A stretch of DNA of 56,699 bases, the filler included, from Streblomastix strix (Eukaryota), in NCBI GenBank assembly GCA_008636045.1. It is 3 parts of 3 records of this genome, joined end to end, with 100 filler letters (N's around TTAATTAATTAA, not from the genome) between each part and the next. Parts side by side here need not be neighbours in the genome. Positions count along the whole stretch, not along the records: positions 37,870 to 56,699 come from SNRW01000579.1; 2 more parts are not named here. One strand, given 5' to 3'. How positions within the stretch are numbered: position 1 is the first letter of the stretch; each line of letters begins with the position of its first letter. A model generated the notes under the pieces. That model had not been told where the DNA came from, made no database searches, and worked only from the letters and a program-made list of their open reading frames with translations. A program made the translations under genes and the position numbers. This document shows positions 37,870-51,331 of this stretch, in pieces.

Positions 37870-37901
37870 ATTTCTTCAAGTTAATTATATTTTCATCATC
37901 A

Positions 37902-39509
37902 TCAGTTATTTGATTTAACTTTAAATGCACAAATTAAATCTTCAATTAAATAACCTGCTTTATTCTAAATGCCATCATACATCTCAATTTAATGATATTA
38001 ATGTGAATCAATTTCTTCCAATCCTCCAGATTCTTCATTAAATTCATCTGCATTTTTTAAAATATCTTTCATTTATTGATATGTATGTATAATATTAAAG
38101 ACATAGCGGGTTAAAATCAATAAATTGCAGATAACTTAACTATTCTCTTCTTAATTTCCTCCTAAAGTTCGAATTCCATCAATCAATATATTTACATATT
38201 TAAATTCATTTATCAGTCTTCTTTTCATTTCCTCTGATCCATAATTCCAAATCCAATAAAAACATTCACTACTAATATATCGAATTTAAGCTGATTATAT
38301 ATTATCTTTTAAACTTCCATGGATTAATCTGCCATATCTCTATAGGTTGATAAGAGAATTAATTGCAAGTTTATAATTAATTATCCATTCATAAATTTAT
38401 TATGTATCATTAATCAGATGGAATAGAAGATTAAGAGTACCAGAAATATCAGTTTTTGAAATGGAATTCAATTATTATGAATGATAAGGTGCAAATGATA
38501 TAATAATTAGCATTATATGATCAAATACTTAACGATTACTCAATAAGTATTCTCTAACATAATAATCATCCTAAGCAATTTAACCAAGAACAAAAAGTGC
38601 AGCATCTTATAAATTAATAACTAAATTGGACGATGGATAATTAATTGATTAATTGCAATTGAAGCTTGGTGAGCAGTTTATGTGAATGAATGGAGAAAGT
38701 ATTTCATGAAACTTAAAATCTTTAACAGTATCTAATCTATTGTATAAATTAAACAATAGATATTTAAATGATTTCAAACAATTAATTCCTTCTTTTATTT
38801 ATTTATCAATTTCATTATTCGCAATATTCAAATTATCTTATTATTATTTCACTTTTATTTTATTGATTAAATTATTCATTTATAATATGATTGCCTATCC
38901 AATTATATTAAGTATTGGTTTATCAATTGGTTTGCGTTTATTAATGAAAGAAAATGTTTGAATAAGTTGAAGAATAAATAGTGATTAATTATTTTCTTTT
39001 TTAGCTTTGTTGAATTAAATCATGAGAATTTTTTCAATATTTGTAAATAATCCATTTGATTTAAATAAATCAAAGAATTTATTATCTTCATTTTCTTCAG
39101 TTATTTCAGCTCCTAATTATGTAATTTATAATATAACATTCAATAATGCTTTCTATACTATTGTTTATCCTTCTCCAAATTAAATCTTTAATTCTTCAAG
39201 AAATTCAGATGTTATTTCTAAATCTATTTTATCATCTTAAACTTATTTCATATTAATTATTATTTCATCAATAATCTTTAATTTCAATTCATTTAAAGTT
39301 TATTTTGAAATTTATTTTAATTATGATAATAAATTGATTTATTATGATTATAAAATAGTCATATTATTATCTTATAAAGATTATTGAAAGATTTGTGTTG
39401 ATTAAGATGAAGAAATATTCGAACTTAAATGATGTTTTAATTTATTATCTTTATCAACATATTAGATTTGTTTTGGAAGTTTGTTTCTATTGATGATGTG
39501 TTAAGACAT
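37902..39509 (-). CDS. Host helical (ARM-like) repeat protein, about 535 aa
   Basis: ATG 39509 and TGA 37902 share a frame; LQDAALFVLGQIA, EESGGLEEID; not every codon checked. Confidence 0.55.
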
Positions 39510-40043
39510 TGCAAAGGATTTATTCTGAGAAAATAATTATAAACATTACAGAATAAATTAATAAAAATAGATTTAATTTGAAATATAGGTGAGTTAATCG
39601 CAAATTAAGAAAAAAAAATGTTTCAAAGCTAATTTGTATCAGAGTAAATGTTAATCAAATAATCTAATAATATAAATCTCTTGAAATAATATTTTTTAGA
39701 GAATATATGTTATTAAATCAAATATATGAATCGTGCATATGATAAAATTGGTTTACAAATAATTCGTTAATAATTTGACAATAAGATCAAATTATGTTTA
39801 AATATTTGATATGTTGATACTAGCCATTAGGGGGTGTAAAATGGTGCTTGTAGTACCACGAGAAAATATCTGAAGATGGAACTGCAAGCAAAGATTGTTG
39901 CTATCAATTAAAACGAGAAATAATAAAATGAATACTATTTTATTGAAATGAATGAAAAAGTAGTACAGTTTGAAAAATAATGAATAGATATAGTATAAAA
40001 CTGAAGTAAATTTAATTCTATCTAATAAATTTAATTATATTAT

Positions 40044-41424
40044 TCATTTCCATTTCTTTCCCCATTCAAGTGCTTTGGATCCAGCAACTCCTTTCGTTGA
40101 TGATTTAATCAGTCGTTTGAACTTAGTCACGGTGAATGAAGAAGAACTATAGATAGTGTAAGCCTGAATGAATGAAAAATAGAATTAATTAATGAATATT
40201 AATATTAAAGAAATATATTTTAATTTAGTAATTAATAATATATTAGTTATTAAATTAATTGTAGCAAACGAACCCAGAATCTAATCTCAGATGGAATGCC
40301 TATTATGTAATTCGGTTATTCAACATCATCCACAAAAAATGTAGCTCTTCGTGGAACTGTTGCCATGTCTACTTCAATGCTAATTCTTTATCCATCAGCA
40401 TATTACTGATTTCTTTTAACATATTTGCTTAAATGGTCTAGATACCCGTTGAATATAATTTTTTAAAAGAAAAATAGAGAAAATATTAAATGAATAAAAA
40501 TAAAATAAAGTAAAAGAATGATATTAATAAAAATATTAAAATTATTATTATATATTGATATTGGATTTGGAAATTATTATTTTCATAATTCATACTTCCA
40601 AAAGTACCTTACAGTATTTTCTTTGTTTTCCCAACATATGTTAGAAAAAAAGTTGAATATGAAATAAAAATATGAATATTAATGCAATTAAATATATTTA
40701 TAATTAAATATTGATTGGAAACTTCAATTATTTAAAATAAAAATATTAAACAAATACTTCCATCATAAATAGGATGTCTTCCGGCAGCAAAATAATAAGA
40801 TGCATCAGCAACGCCCAAGACTACAACAAAAATAAAAATATATAACTATTATTATTAAATGCAAATTTATTAATAATTATCAAACTACAACTATAACTTG
40901 TATTCTCAAAGATTAAATCTATTCTAACAATTCCTTCACTTATAGCTGGTTCAATTGCAATTGTACAACATTCATTCTCACCTGTATGAATAAATTTATT
41001 TTTTTCAACGCATCCTTAACTCGCTTCCATTATTATAAAAACAGGTGTTATCTGAACTGAAAAATAATTAGTGAAAAAATAATTAATAATTATCAAAGTT
41101 ATAAAATAATAAATAATGATATAAAATTATTATAAAACTATTAATATTTATTCATACCTATTGATTGAATTATTTTCTCGAATCTTGGGTGGTCCTTTAA
41201 TTTATAAATCTTTTAGCAAAGGGCAAGAAATTATCGGACATCCTAAGGAAGTTCCATTTCAGACATTATATCAAGAAGAATATCAGATCCCAATCCTAAC
41301 AGACTTCCATCGACATTGTATTCATTTGCACGGTCCATTGCGAAATTTCTAAATAATAATTAATTAATATTTAAAATAAAAAAATGTTTTATACTTTGTT
41401 AGGTTGATTTATTACAGAAATCAT
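40044..41424 (-). CDS. Multi-exon SPRY/B30.2-like protein
   Basis: Exons with GT-AG introns: RISIEVDMATVPRRATFFVDDVEQPNYIIGIPSEIRFW, SSFTVTKFKRL..LEWERKWK*; start approximate. Confidence 0.65.
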
Positions 41425-42121
41425 ATTTTTTACATGATTTTATATAATTTACAGTTTTGATTAGATAATTAATATCATATTATTCCTATAAGTGGTGTAT
41501 GAATTTTGAGGTTCAAAAAATACGTCTGATTAGACAAAAAAATGGCAAATAAAAAAAAATAATCGTTTTTGAAACAATTAATGTAATAAAGATAAACTAA
41601 ATCAATTTAATATGTTTACAAATTTGTAATTTAAAAAAACAATATATAAATTCTGTAAAAATATGAGTGTAGCGTGAGATACAGTTTATGCAAAAAATTT
41701 TGCTGATATGGAGAAAGGATATCATGCTTGACAAGGCGTGACTATCAAAGCGCCCCTCACCTTTAACATCGGGCACACTTTACATTTTTTGTATGTTCAT
41801 ATTTTGTGAAACAACTTTAATTTCGGCATATATAAGGTGCACACCCTCCTTGATGAAAAATCTTTGTTTTTTTTGGATTTTTCATCATATGTACATTTTA
41901 ACTGCTATTTATGAATATAATTTGATTAAATTGTGATATTTCATTACAAATCCATCTGAAAATACAAATATACAAATGCTGATAAACCGTTCACTGAAAG
42001 GTTAACAAAATATTTAAAGAACATTTTTTCTTATAAAGCGCCATTTTATATAATTCAAAACTAAAAATTTCCTTATTGTACATGCCTTGCAAACACAATT
42101 ATTTCATATATGTTACTAATA

Positions 42122-45100
42122 CAGTAAAATCTGGTTAATTCGCACTACCATCGGCGAAAAAAATGCGAGTGCGAATTAAGTTAATTCGCACAAAAATGTT
42201 AAATATGGGTGTTTTTTATTTTTTTTTTAAAAGTATTATGAAACAGGTTTAAATTATGACTAATAAATTAAATTAAATTTAATTTTAATTTATAAAATAT
42301 ATTGAAATTGAAATTGTACAGTTCTGGAACAATTAATTATTCTTAATATCGTTCTAGTTTCAACCAGAGCAGATGAGTCTCAGTCCCAAACAATATGTCT
42401 CTTCATTATATTTTAAATGATAATAATGTGCGTCATTTTAATTACAATTTAATATGTATCAATTAGTCTTCATTGCGCATAGTATAATTTTCGTTTTTCT
42501 TGACATTACGATTGAACATTTTTTTTAAAAGCCAATTAATTTGTTTTATAAATCATTTTATATTAATTTATTATAACCATCCTACAATTTAATACAAACA
42601 ATAAGTTTTAATCTCACTTTTAATTTTCTTCAAAAATATTACTATAATTTGAAGACTTTAAATCAGAATAATACAGATTTCTGTTTCTAATTATTTCTGT
42701 TATATATTTTTAATTTATTTAATTAAAAATTACAAATTAACTTTGATTTCTTAATAGTTTAATTTATTTACAAATAATTGAATAACTCAATAATTATTTA
42801 TCAATACTTATTTAATTTGATTTTCAATTACTATATGATTTTATTTTAAATATTTTTCTTATTCAAATAATATTTTCTAATTTTATTAATGTTAATTTTT
42901 TGATTATTGTTTAATTTTATGATTATAAAATGAAGCTGACTTTAACAACAATATCAGGGAGGGATTATTAAGTTGAATTATCAAACAATGCAACGATTGC
43001 AGACTTGAAGTAATAATTGGAAGAAGAATATGGATTTCCTTCTTAGTTATTTCAATTGATTTTAAAGAGGAAACAACTAATTGATATCTTTACTCTTTCT
43101 GAAGCAGCAATTGTTTGTTAATTCTATTTTATATTTAATATCAATAAATTAATTTAATTAATTTAATTAATTATTATTATTGTTATTATTATTCTAACCT
43201 ATTATTATTATATTACAGTGAAAAATCAAAAATTATATTTGTCGAAAAAAAGATTTCAAACAGTTCTAGAGTAATTTCTGATAGTCTTATTAAATAAAAA
43301 GAGATTGACAGTGCATCAATTTAAGGAAAGAAAATGAAAACAATAAAACGGAAAAGAAAAGATAGAAATTAAGATTTTGTGTCAGATTCTGATGAAAAAG
43401 AATCTGATGATGAGTTTTAAGAAGATGATGAAGATGATGATAAACTGTAAGAAGAATATGATAATTCAGATTCAGACTTAGAAGATGATGATTAAATTAA
43501 TTCAAAATCAAAATATCAAAAGAAAATAATAGAAAAAAATGATGGATTAGACTATTAATTTGAATAAAATATAATTTTAAAAAGCCAATTTTAAATGAAT
43601 ATAAATAAAATTAAGAAATTCAAATATGATAGAGAAGAAAAAAATAATGATGATAAACATACCATGCAAACTATTAGTTAAGATGTTATTAAGGAAGATA
43701 AAAAAGATGAAATTAGTGAAATCTTAACAGGATAGAGTTAATTGAATAAAGTTAATAAAATCATTGAACAGAAAGTTTCTAATAGATTAATTGAATAATA
43801 ATTATAATAATAATAATCGCAATTCATCTAATTAAATTCATCTAATTAATCTATAAATAATTCGTAAACTATAAAGAATATCAAACCGCGAAGTATACTA
43901 CTATTTCATAAGAAATTTAAAACCAAATAAACAGATTTGAATAATCATAATAATACTTAAATCCAACATATTGCTTCAAAGTAGTCATTACTAACTCCTG
44001 AAACCTATCAAAAATAAAATTAATAAAAGATTAATATTAATTAATCTAAAGATAATTAAATTAAAGATTTTGAACTAGTTTCAAATAATTAATTAGATAA
44101 AGCATAATATTTACAAACTAAAATTAGTAGTCCTTTTATAAAAGCATCTTTTCTTCTAATTATAACTCAAAAATTTTAACTCCAACAAAATCATGTAGTA
44201 AGAACATTTTCAATATTTACAATAGCTTTAATTAGATTAACATAAATATAGACAACAAAATAGAATTAAATCAAACAATATAATCCTTATTCCCAACTGA
44301 AATTGATATGAAATATTATAAAATCAAAACAGAAAACAGTTTATTAAGAAATAAATTCTCCAAATTTATCTATAAAATCTCCAAACAAATAAAATAAAAG
44401 AGGTAAATATAGCTAAATAAGTTATACTGAAAAATTCAAATTATTATAAGAATATAAAAACTCTGGAAAGAGTGCATTTGAATTTTATACTGAAAAATAA
44501 ATTCAAAAAAGAACGTTCTATGATTGGATTAAGAACATAAACAAAATTAAAAAGATGTATTAAATATATCGATTAAATGAGAAGAAAGTACGAGATAGAA
44601 AAAGTGAAAATGAAAATGTTAACAGTGCATTACTTATTTGGTTTAGAAAATTCAGATAAAGCAGGCCTGGTTTAAATGTTGATGATGATATGATTCTTAT
44701 TGCAGCAAATAAAATGATTGATATATTCAACTAGATGATAATTCAGCTTAATACAAAATTTTAATTAGATGAAACAAATAAAATCTAACTAAATAGGAAG
44801 ATATTGATTGGTTTTATAAACAAATGGAAAGAAAGATATTAAATAGATAGACATAAGGTTTATGGAAAAGCATCATCAGCAAATTTGATAGCTGCGCAAG
44901 AATGGATAGATATAGAATTAACAAAAATACTTCTGAATTTCAATGAAGAAGATATATATAATATTTATGAGTTTGCAGTGTTTTTTTGAATAATAAATCA
45001 AATATAGTTTGGATGAAGAAGGATAAGCGCCACTTGGAACAAAAGTAAGTAAAAAAAGAGTAACTGCCTTAACTGGTGCATCAATTACAGGGAAAAAGTT

Positions 45101-45560
45101 ACCGATTCTTATTGTTGGAAAAGCAAAGAATCCTCATTCTTTTAGGAAACATTCCTTCAGATGTTTCAAATACGCTAGTCAGAAAAACGCAGGGGTTACA
45201 TCAATAATATTTAATAAATATTTGGAAGGGTTAGATGAATAAATGAGAGCAGAAGGAAGACATATAGCTATAACTTTTGATAATTGTACAGCTCATTATA
45301 TCCTGTAGGAAGACTTTACTAATATTACATTCTTCTCACTTCCTGCAAACACAACAGCTGTAATGTAACCAATGGATGCAGGAATAATCAATTCAATAAA
45401 GACAAGATATAGATATAAATTATCTTTGAGAAAATTCAAAGATGCATATGCTAAAGTTAAAATATGCTTAACGCCATATGAGGCCAATGTATTGATATCA
45501 AAAATATGGAATGAAACTAGTTGTTTATTATCAATTAGTTTTTCATTCATGGATTGAAAA
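42122..45560 (+). mobile_element. pogo/Tigger-like DNA transposon; 5' TIR seen, 3' TIR not found
   Basis: TA|CAGTAAAATCTGGTTAATTCGCA with GTGCGAATTAA subterminal repeats (42122-42192); transposase downstream. Confidence 0.75.
42930..45557 (+). pseudogene. Ubiquitin-like domain + low-complexity linker + HTH/CENP-B + DDE_1 transposase
   Basis: UBL MKLTLTTISGRDYQVELSNNATIADLKQQLEEEYGFPSQLFQLIL..; HTH ..KRTFYDWIKN, ALLIWF; DIYNIYE (first Asp lost), FDNCTAH (45279), MQPMDAGII (45375; D31D); frameshifts. Confidence 0.85.
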
Positions 45561-46379
45561 CATTCAAGGATTCACAAACGACTGTAAATCAATTAAATAC
45601 ACAAATAATTTATTTTAATCAAATTATGTAAATTTATAAAAACAACATAGAAAAATATTAAAAAAATAAATATAATTTATAATAATTTATAATTAAATTT
45701 AATAATAATAAAAATAAATAATTTTTTTAAAAAAAATTTAGTTTAAGAAATTAAATTTTTTAAATTATTTTATATATTTTTTTAATTAAAATATTGTTTG
45801 CTATTAAAAAATTAATAAATCCAAAAGAAATAAAAAAAATTCAATATTTTTTTCATGTTTTATCGATTTAAGTTAATATCTAATAGTTGATGGTACAATT
45901 TTATTTAATTAATTGAACTATTTTCTGGAATAAAATTTAAATTATAAATATGTTAAAATAAAATTTATTTTTGTTAATTATTAATAATTCTATTTTAAGA
46001 AATTTTATTGAAAATAATCCTGAGTTTTGAGAAAAAATACCGAGAAATTATTATTTTAATAGGATCTTTGAATATTCGACTGAAAATTTAGAAACTCTTG
46101 AAAGATTAAATATTGCAATTATACTTAATAATTAAAAATTTACAAATTATTTTCAATGATAATTATATAAAATATGCAAAAAATGAATTTTAATCTTTAA
46201 CATATCAAATAATAATAATTTTATTATTCAAAAACTCTCCTTAAATAATTTTGGTTAATAATAGAATTCAGAATTAATATTATTAATAATTAATTTTATA
46301 AATTTTTTTGTAGAATATAATTGAAAAATCTATTTAAAAATAATTACTTTTAAAATTTTTCTCACAAACAAAAAAATGT

Positions 46380-47800
46380 CTTGAAAAATTCGAAATCCTC
46401 TAAAGATAGTAGAAATTAAACACTTTCAAATTACAAATTAATTCATATTAAGCTAATTTTAGTTAAATTTCGCTTGTGAATTTCTAATAATAAGAGTATA
46501 CGAGGGAGCAAACAAACTTGACGCCGAGGTCGTCTTCAGATGATAGGTTGGCCACGTTGCTGATGTATGTAATCATCATTGAATTCTTATGCAAGATGGT
46601 AAGCCATCAGGCGTATGGCCTGATGAGAAATTAATGTTAATGGATTTGATTTATCAAAGAATAAGCAGAAAACAATACACAAGTCGTCCCTAAATTTAAT
46701 GTCGAGCCGATTTAATTAATAGAAAGAATATATAGAGGAAAATTGAGGAATTAAAAGATTTGCAAACTGGATGGGGTGATCATTTTATTGAAAGAAAAAA
46801 AAGATTTAAAGTTCTAAGAGATTATCTTCTTGATTGGTCATGATTAGAATTATGCAAAAAAAGAATATGCTTCCTATTATTGAAATTTTCAAACGATTAA
46901 TCAAAAATACAAGTTTGATAATATCTAGGACATCGATGAAACAAGCAGTAATCCTACAGTAAGAGAACTCATGCTTGTTCGAAATAAATGATGTAAACAT
47001 GTTATTTCTTTCGAGACCTAGAAACATTGGAATTCAGCTGCACCCAATGAATTAATGCTTCAGGACATAAAATTAAATCATCGCTAATCAATAAAGGAGT
47101 TAATATTCCTGAATAATTTGACTCGTTGGATACACGAAGCGTAACAGTAAACACAAACAATTCAGGGTATCAAACCAAAGAAATATTCAAAGACTTTGAC
47201 TAATGTCGTATTTCCAGCAATAATCAACTGTAGATAATCAATAGTAGATGCAACATAAAAGAAAGAAAAGGAAAAATTGGACTAGAAAGAAAATAGAAGT
47301 CCGTTAATAATTGATGGACATACTTCACGAACATAACCAGATTTATGTAGAATTGCTTACGGACAAGGCTTAGACGTAACGACTATACCAGCATATTCTT
47401 CAACTGTTGTTCAACGTCTTGATTGTGGTATCAATGCTTCATTCAAATAAAAATTAGCAAAATTCATGTCACTTACAGAAGATCGTAGGGACCTAGACAT
47501 TAACTAAAAAGCTCCATCTGCTGCAGTTGCTTATCTAACTCGTTTTGCTGATTCCTTAGATGAAGCTTTCACAATTGCAAAGATGCCTGGCTCAGTTCGA
47601 GCAGCATGGGCTACCTTTGGATTAGATCCTTTCAATGAATCTGTTTTTGATGACTTACCAGATGAAATTGAAGATATAGGAAATTGTGTGAAGAAGGTAG
47701 AAAATAGATAATTCATCTATTCATGAAAGATGATCACAAATGATTAATTTCTTACAGATTGAGAAAAATTGGTTCCAACATCAGAATCAAAGAAATTAAA
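46380..47800 (+). pseudogene. pogo/Fot1-like DDE_1 transposase (DD35D)
   Basis: DIDET (46935), SGYQT, LIIDGHTSR (47313), IPAYSSTVVQRLDCGIN (47421); stops and frameshifts; limits approximate. Confidence 0.82.
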
Positions 47801-49249
47801 AAGAAAAAGATAAATTCAATTAGATAACGATGAAGAATTATAGTATAGTGAAATTAATAAAAAAAATTTATCAAAAGAAGAAGAATCAATTGAAGATTAA
47901 GTTAAACTAACTCTTATGAAAGCAAAGAATAAATAAGAAAAATGAAGAATAGATTAAGTGATACTGTTTGAAGATAATTGAAAAGGTTGCAGTAAAGCGA
48001 ATCATGAGAAAAATAGAAAGAAAGCATAAGTTAAGATGATGAAAGTAATCCTATCAAAGAAAATGTTCCAAACAATTGAAGATTATCTCGAAATGGTGAA
48101 GGTATTTTGATTGAAGCTTCATTTACAAATGTAATTTTCATAGTTACAGGGCGGATATTAAGTCCGTCCAATTTGTAACGCTAACCAAGTATGTAGATAT
48201 AATGTATAAAAATTTAATTATAAATTAAATTATATGTTAAGCTCAAAATATGAACAATTACAATTATTATTTAAATGCTGTGTGGTGTAAGAGTATTAAA
48301 AATTGATAGCTTAAAAAATTTATTTTTCGAATTTAATAAAAATCAGAATGAATTTTATGTCAATATATAATTTTTTGAGATATTCATAGATTATTATTTA
48401 AATATTTGTACAAAATTCAATAAAATATCTAACTTTAACGAAGAAAATTTTTACTTAAAATTTATTAAATTTATGCATATTTTTCTCTTTAATTTTAATT
48501 GGAAATAATTCATAAGTAATTTTAATATAAGGATTGAAAATTTTTTATCGAATAAGAATTAAAATTATTAATATAAAATAGAAATTATCAACAAAAATTA
48601 ATTAATATAAATTGTTATATAAATTATTAAATTATAAGACGAAAAGATATTTAAAAATTTGAAATTATAAAATTTTTATAAATTATCAATTATTCTTTAG
48701 AAATATTAATTTTTTAATGTTTAATGAAATTTGCGAATAGGAATTGTGATGAAATTAGTAAATACTGAATAATTTTTTTAATAGAAATAATTATTATAAT
48801 AGAAATTTTTAGTTGATATTTTATTATTATATTTACGCAAATAAGCTCAATTATCGGAAACAACATTTTTAAAATTTTAAATTTTTAAAAATTGAATTTA
48901 AAAATAAATTATTATATTTTTATTATAATTTTTTTTTTAGCTTCAATATATTTTTTTAATTTATTTATTAGAACAATTTCTTTAATCTTAATTATTTATT
49001 ATTATTTTTTTTTTAATTTTTAATTTTTAATTCCGGACATACAAAAAGAAATTTTCGTTTCTAGCACAAAATCATAAATTAATATTATATTTTTGATTAT
49101 AATATATAAATACTATTTATTAGTTCTAAGATTTTACTTTCATTAAGTTTTTTTTTTTGCATTCATGAAGATTTTCAATTAACCTAATTTCATTGCAAAT
49201 TATTAATATTTTATTTATATTTGGTTCAATTGTGTTCTAATAAATCGTT

Positions 49250-49760
49250 GCATAAGTTTCTAAATGAATGAAGAATATTCTTGCTGCGATGTAAGAAAAA
49301 AATCACTTTAATATTCAATTATTTTTACATAAATTGAAAATTATATATTTGCTAATCTCATCTTATGTCATTATTGGCAAAAGATGGAGATTCAATTGAT
49401 TAATGACATAAACAATGATTAATAGACATTATATTCTTGCTTACCAGTTTTTGGAACTCAAAACATGTGCTTATTGTTTATTGGATTCCTTCCCAAACTA
49501 TAATTAACTCGACAATGTTCACATATGATGTACTGAAGCTACTGTCAAAAGATGTAAAAAAAAGAGCATGAAATTAAATCAATTCATTACTATATAAATT
49601 TTGATAGCACAGCAATTCATCGAGCTAGCTAAATTTTGAATTGTATTTCAAGATGTATTTTCAAATCAGTAAATCACCATCCTTACTCACAAGATCTTGT
49701 GCCATCTGACTTCTATCTATTTTCAAATTTAAAAATTTATAAAAGAATTGGATTCTTCAT
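49250..49760 (+). pseudogene. mariner (D34D) transposase remnant
   Basis: FDSTAIH (49603) ... HHPYSQDLVPSDFYLFSNLK (49675-49734). Confidence 0.82.
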
Positions 49761-50620
49761 CTTTAAAATGTAATACTATCTAATGATGGGTATAAATATA
49801 AAAAATGAATAAAATTTATTTTATTGAAATGATTCCCTTAAACGAATTACTGAACATTTCTCAAATCATATTATATCTCTTCGAATCCTCATATTTCGAA
49901 TAATTTGAAAGTAAGATATAAAAAATTAAAATATTTGGTTTTTAATAATGAATAATATATACTCTGTTTAAATTCAATTTGCAGATTCTAAATCCAATTT
50001 CATTTTCGATTAGATTCTATGATGATTTGATTCATATACTTATTGTTACAGTTGTCAAAAAGGATCATATTTAACATTTATTGAAAAGAATAAAAGTAAT
50101 TCATATTTAAAATTTAAGTTCATAGTTGAATATTTTAATTAATTTTAATTATTTCAAATTAATTGAACGAAAACGACTCTATAAAGTTTTAAATAACTTT
50201 ACCATTTGACATCTAATTGATAGTAATTACAAAATTTTAGGAATAAATTATAAAACTAAGTTTTATATCAATATAGAAATAATTTTGATTATCATGAAAT
50301 ATATGATGAAAATCATAAAGATAATATTAATTATGAAAATAATATATAAGAAATTAATGATTCAATAAAATAATTAAATTGATCAGATAAATGAATGAAA
50401 TGATAAATATAATAATGAAAAATTAAAATATTATTAATTTATTTAATAATTATTTCACAATTTTCAACAAAAATTATATTTATTTATTTAAATTCAACCA
50501 ATACCGGAAGCGAAGTGACGGTTACTTCCTAATTTACTACATATAATGATAATTATTATATTGAGTTGATTAAGTCTTTAATGAAATAACCAAGAAAACA
50601 ATGATCATAAAGAGAACAAA

Positions 50621-50727
50621 GACCACCCAGAACACCACGCCCACTCCGAATATCATGATCACTTCGAATATAACGATCATCCAGAATATCACGATTACTC
50701 CGAATACAACGATCCAGAACCTCACAA
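50621..50727 (+). repeat. Degenerate 18-bp tandem repeat (about 6 units)
   Basis: GACCACCCAGAACACCAC / GCCCACTCCGAATATCAT / GATCACTTCGAATATAAC / GATCATCCAGAATATCAC / GATTACTCCGAATACAAC. Confidence 0.75.
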
Positions 50728-51331
50728 ACAGGAAGTTATTCATCATTCTTCTGACACTTTCTAAATAATTCCAAAAAAAATCAAATTTCTAATTATTTAG
50801 TCAAAAATCCATCCTTCACTTTGATAAATCTAAATTAATGTGTTAATATAATGCACATAGCACTCATTTCTACAATTGCTCAAATTTTTTATAAAGGCTC
50901 CATTAGAAATATCATACGAATTTTGTTTATTTTTTTACCGCATTTTTAGCATATCAGCTATAAAATTAACATAATACTGCATATACAAAGTTAATTTGCA
51001 TAATTTAATTAGACTTAAGCACCTGCTCGCGAAGTTGATAACGATTTATTTTGCTTGCCACCGCTATTCAGGTTTATTTATATTTAATTATTTCTATTCA
51101 ATGTTTGATATTTTAAATATCATTCTATTGAAAAATAAAGAATATGAACTAAAGAATAGCCAGATTTAAATATTTATCATTTTTTCACTTGTACACAATT
51201 CGATATAACATTTTTTTACAAAAATCTATGTTTTATTAAATAGAATCTCTTCAAACTTTTAATAAAATTTTAAATTACATAAACAAGCATTGTTAAATTT
51301 TATTGTTTACTTTTTCTCATCAGAAATCGAA

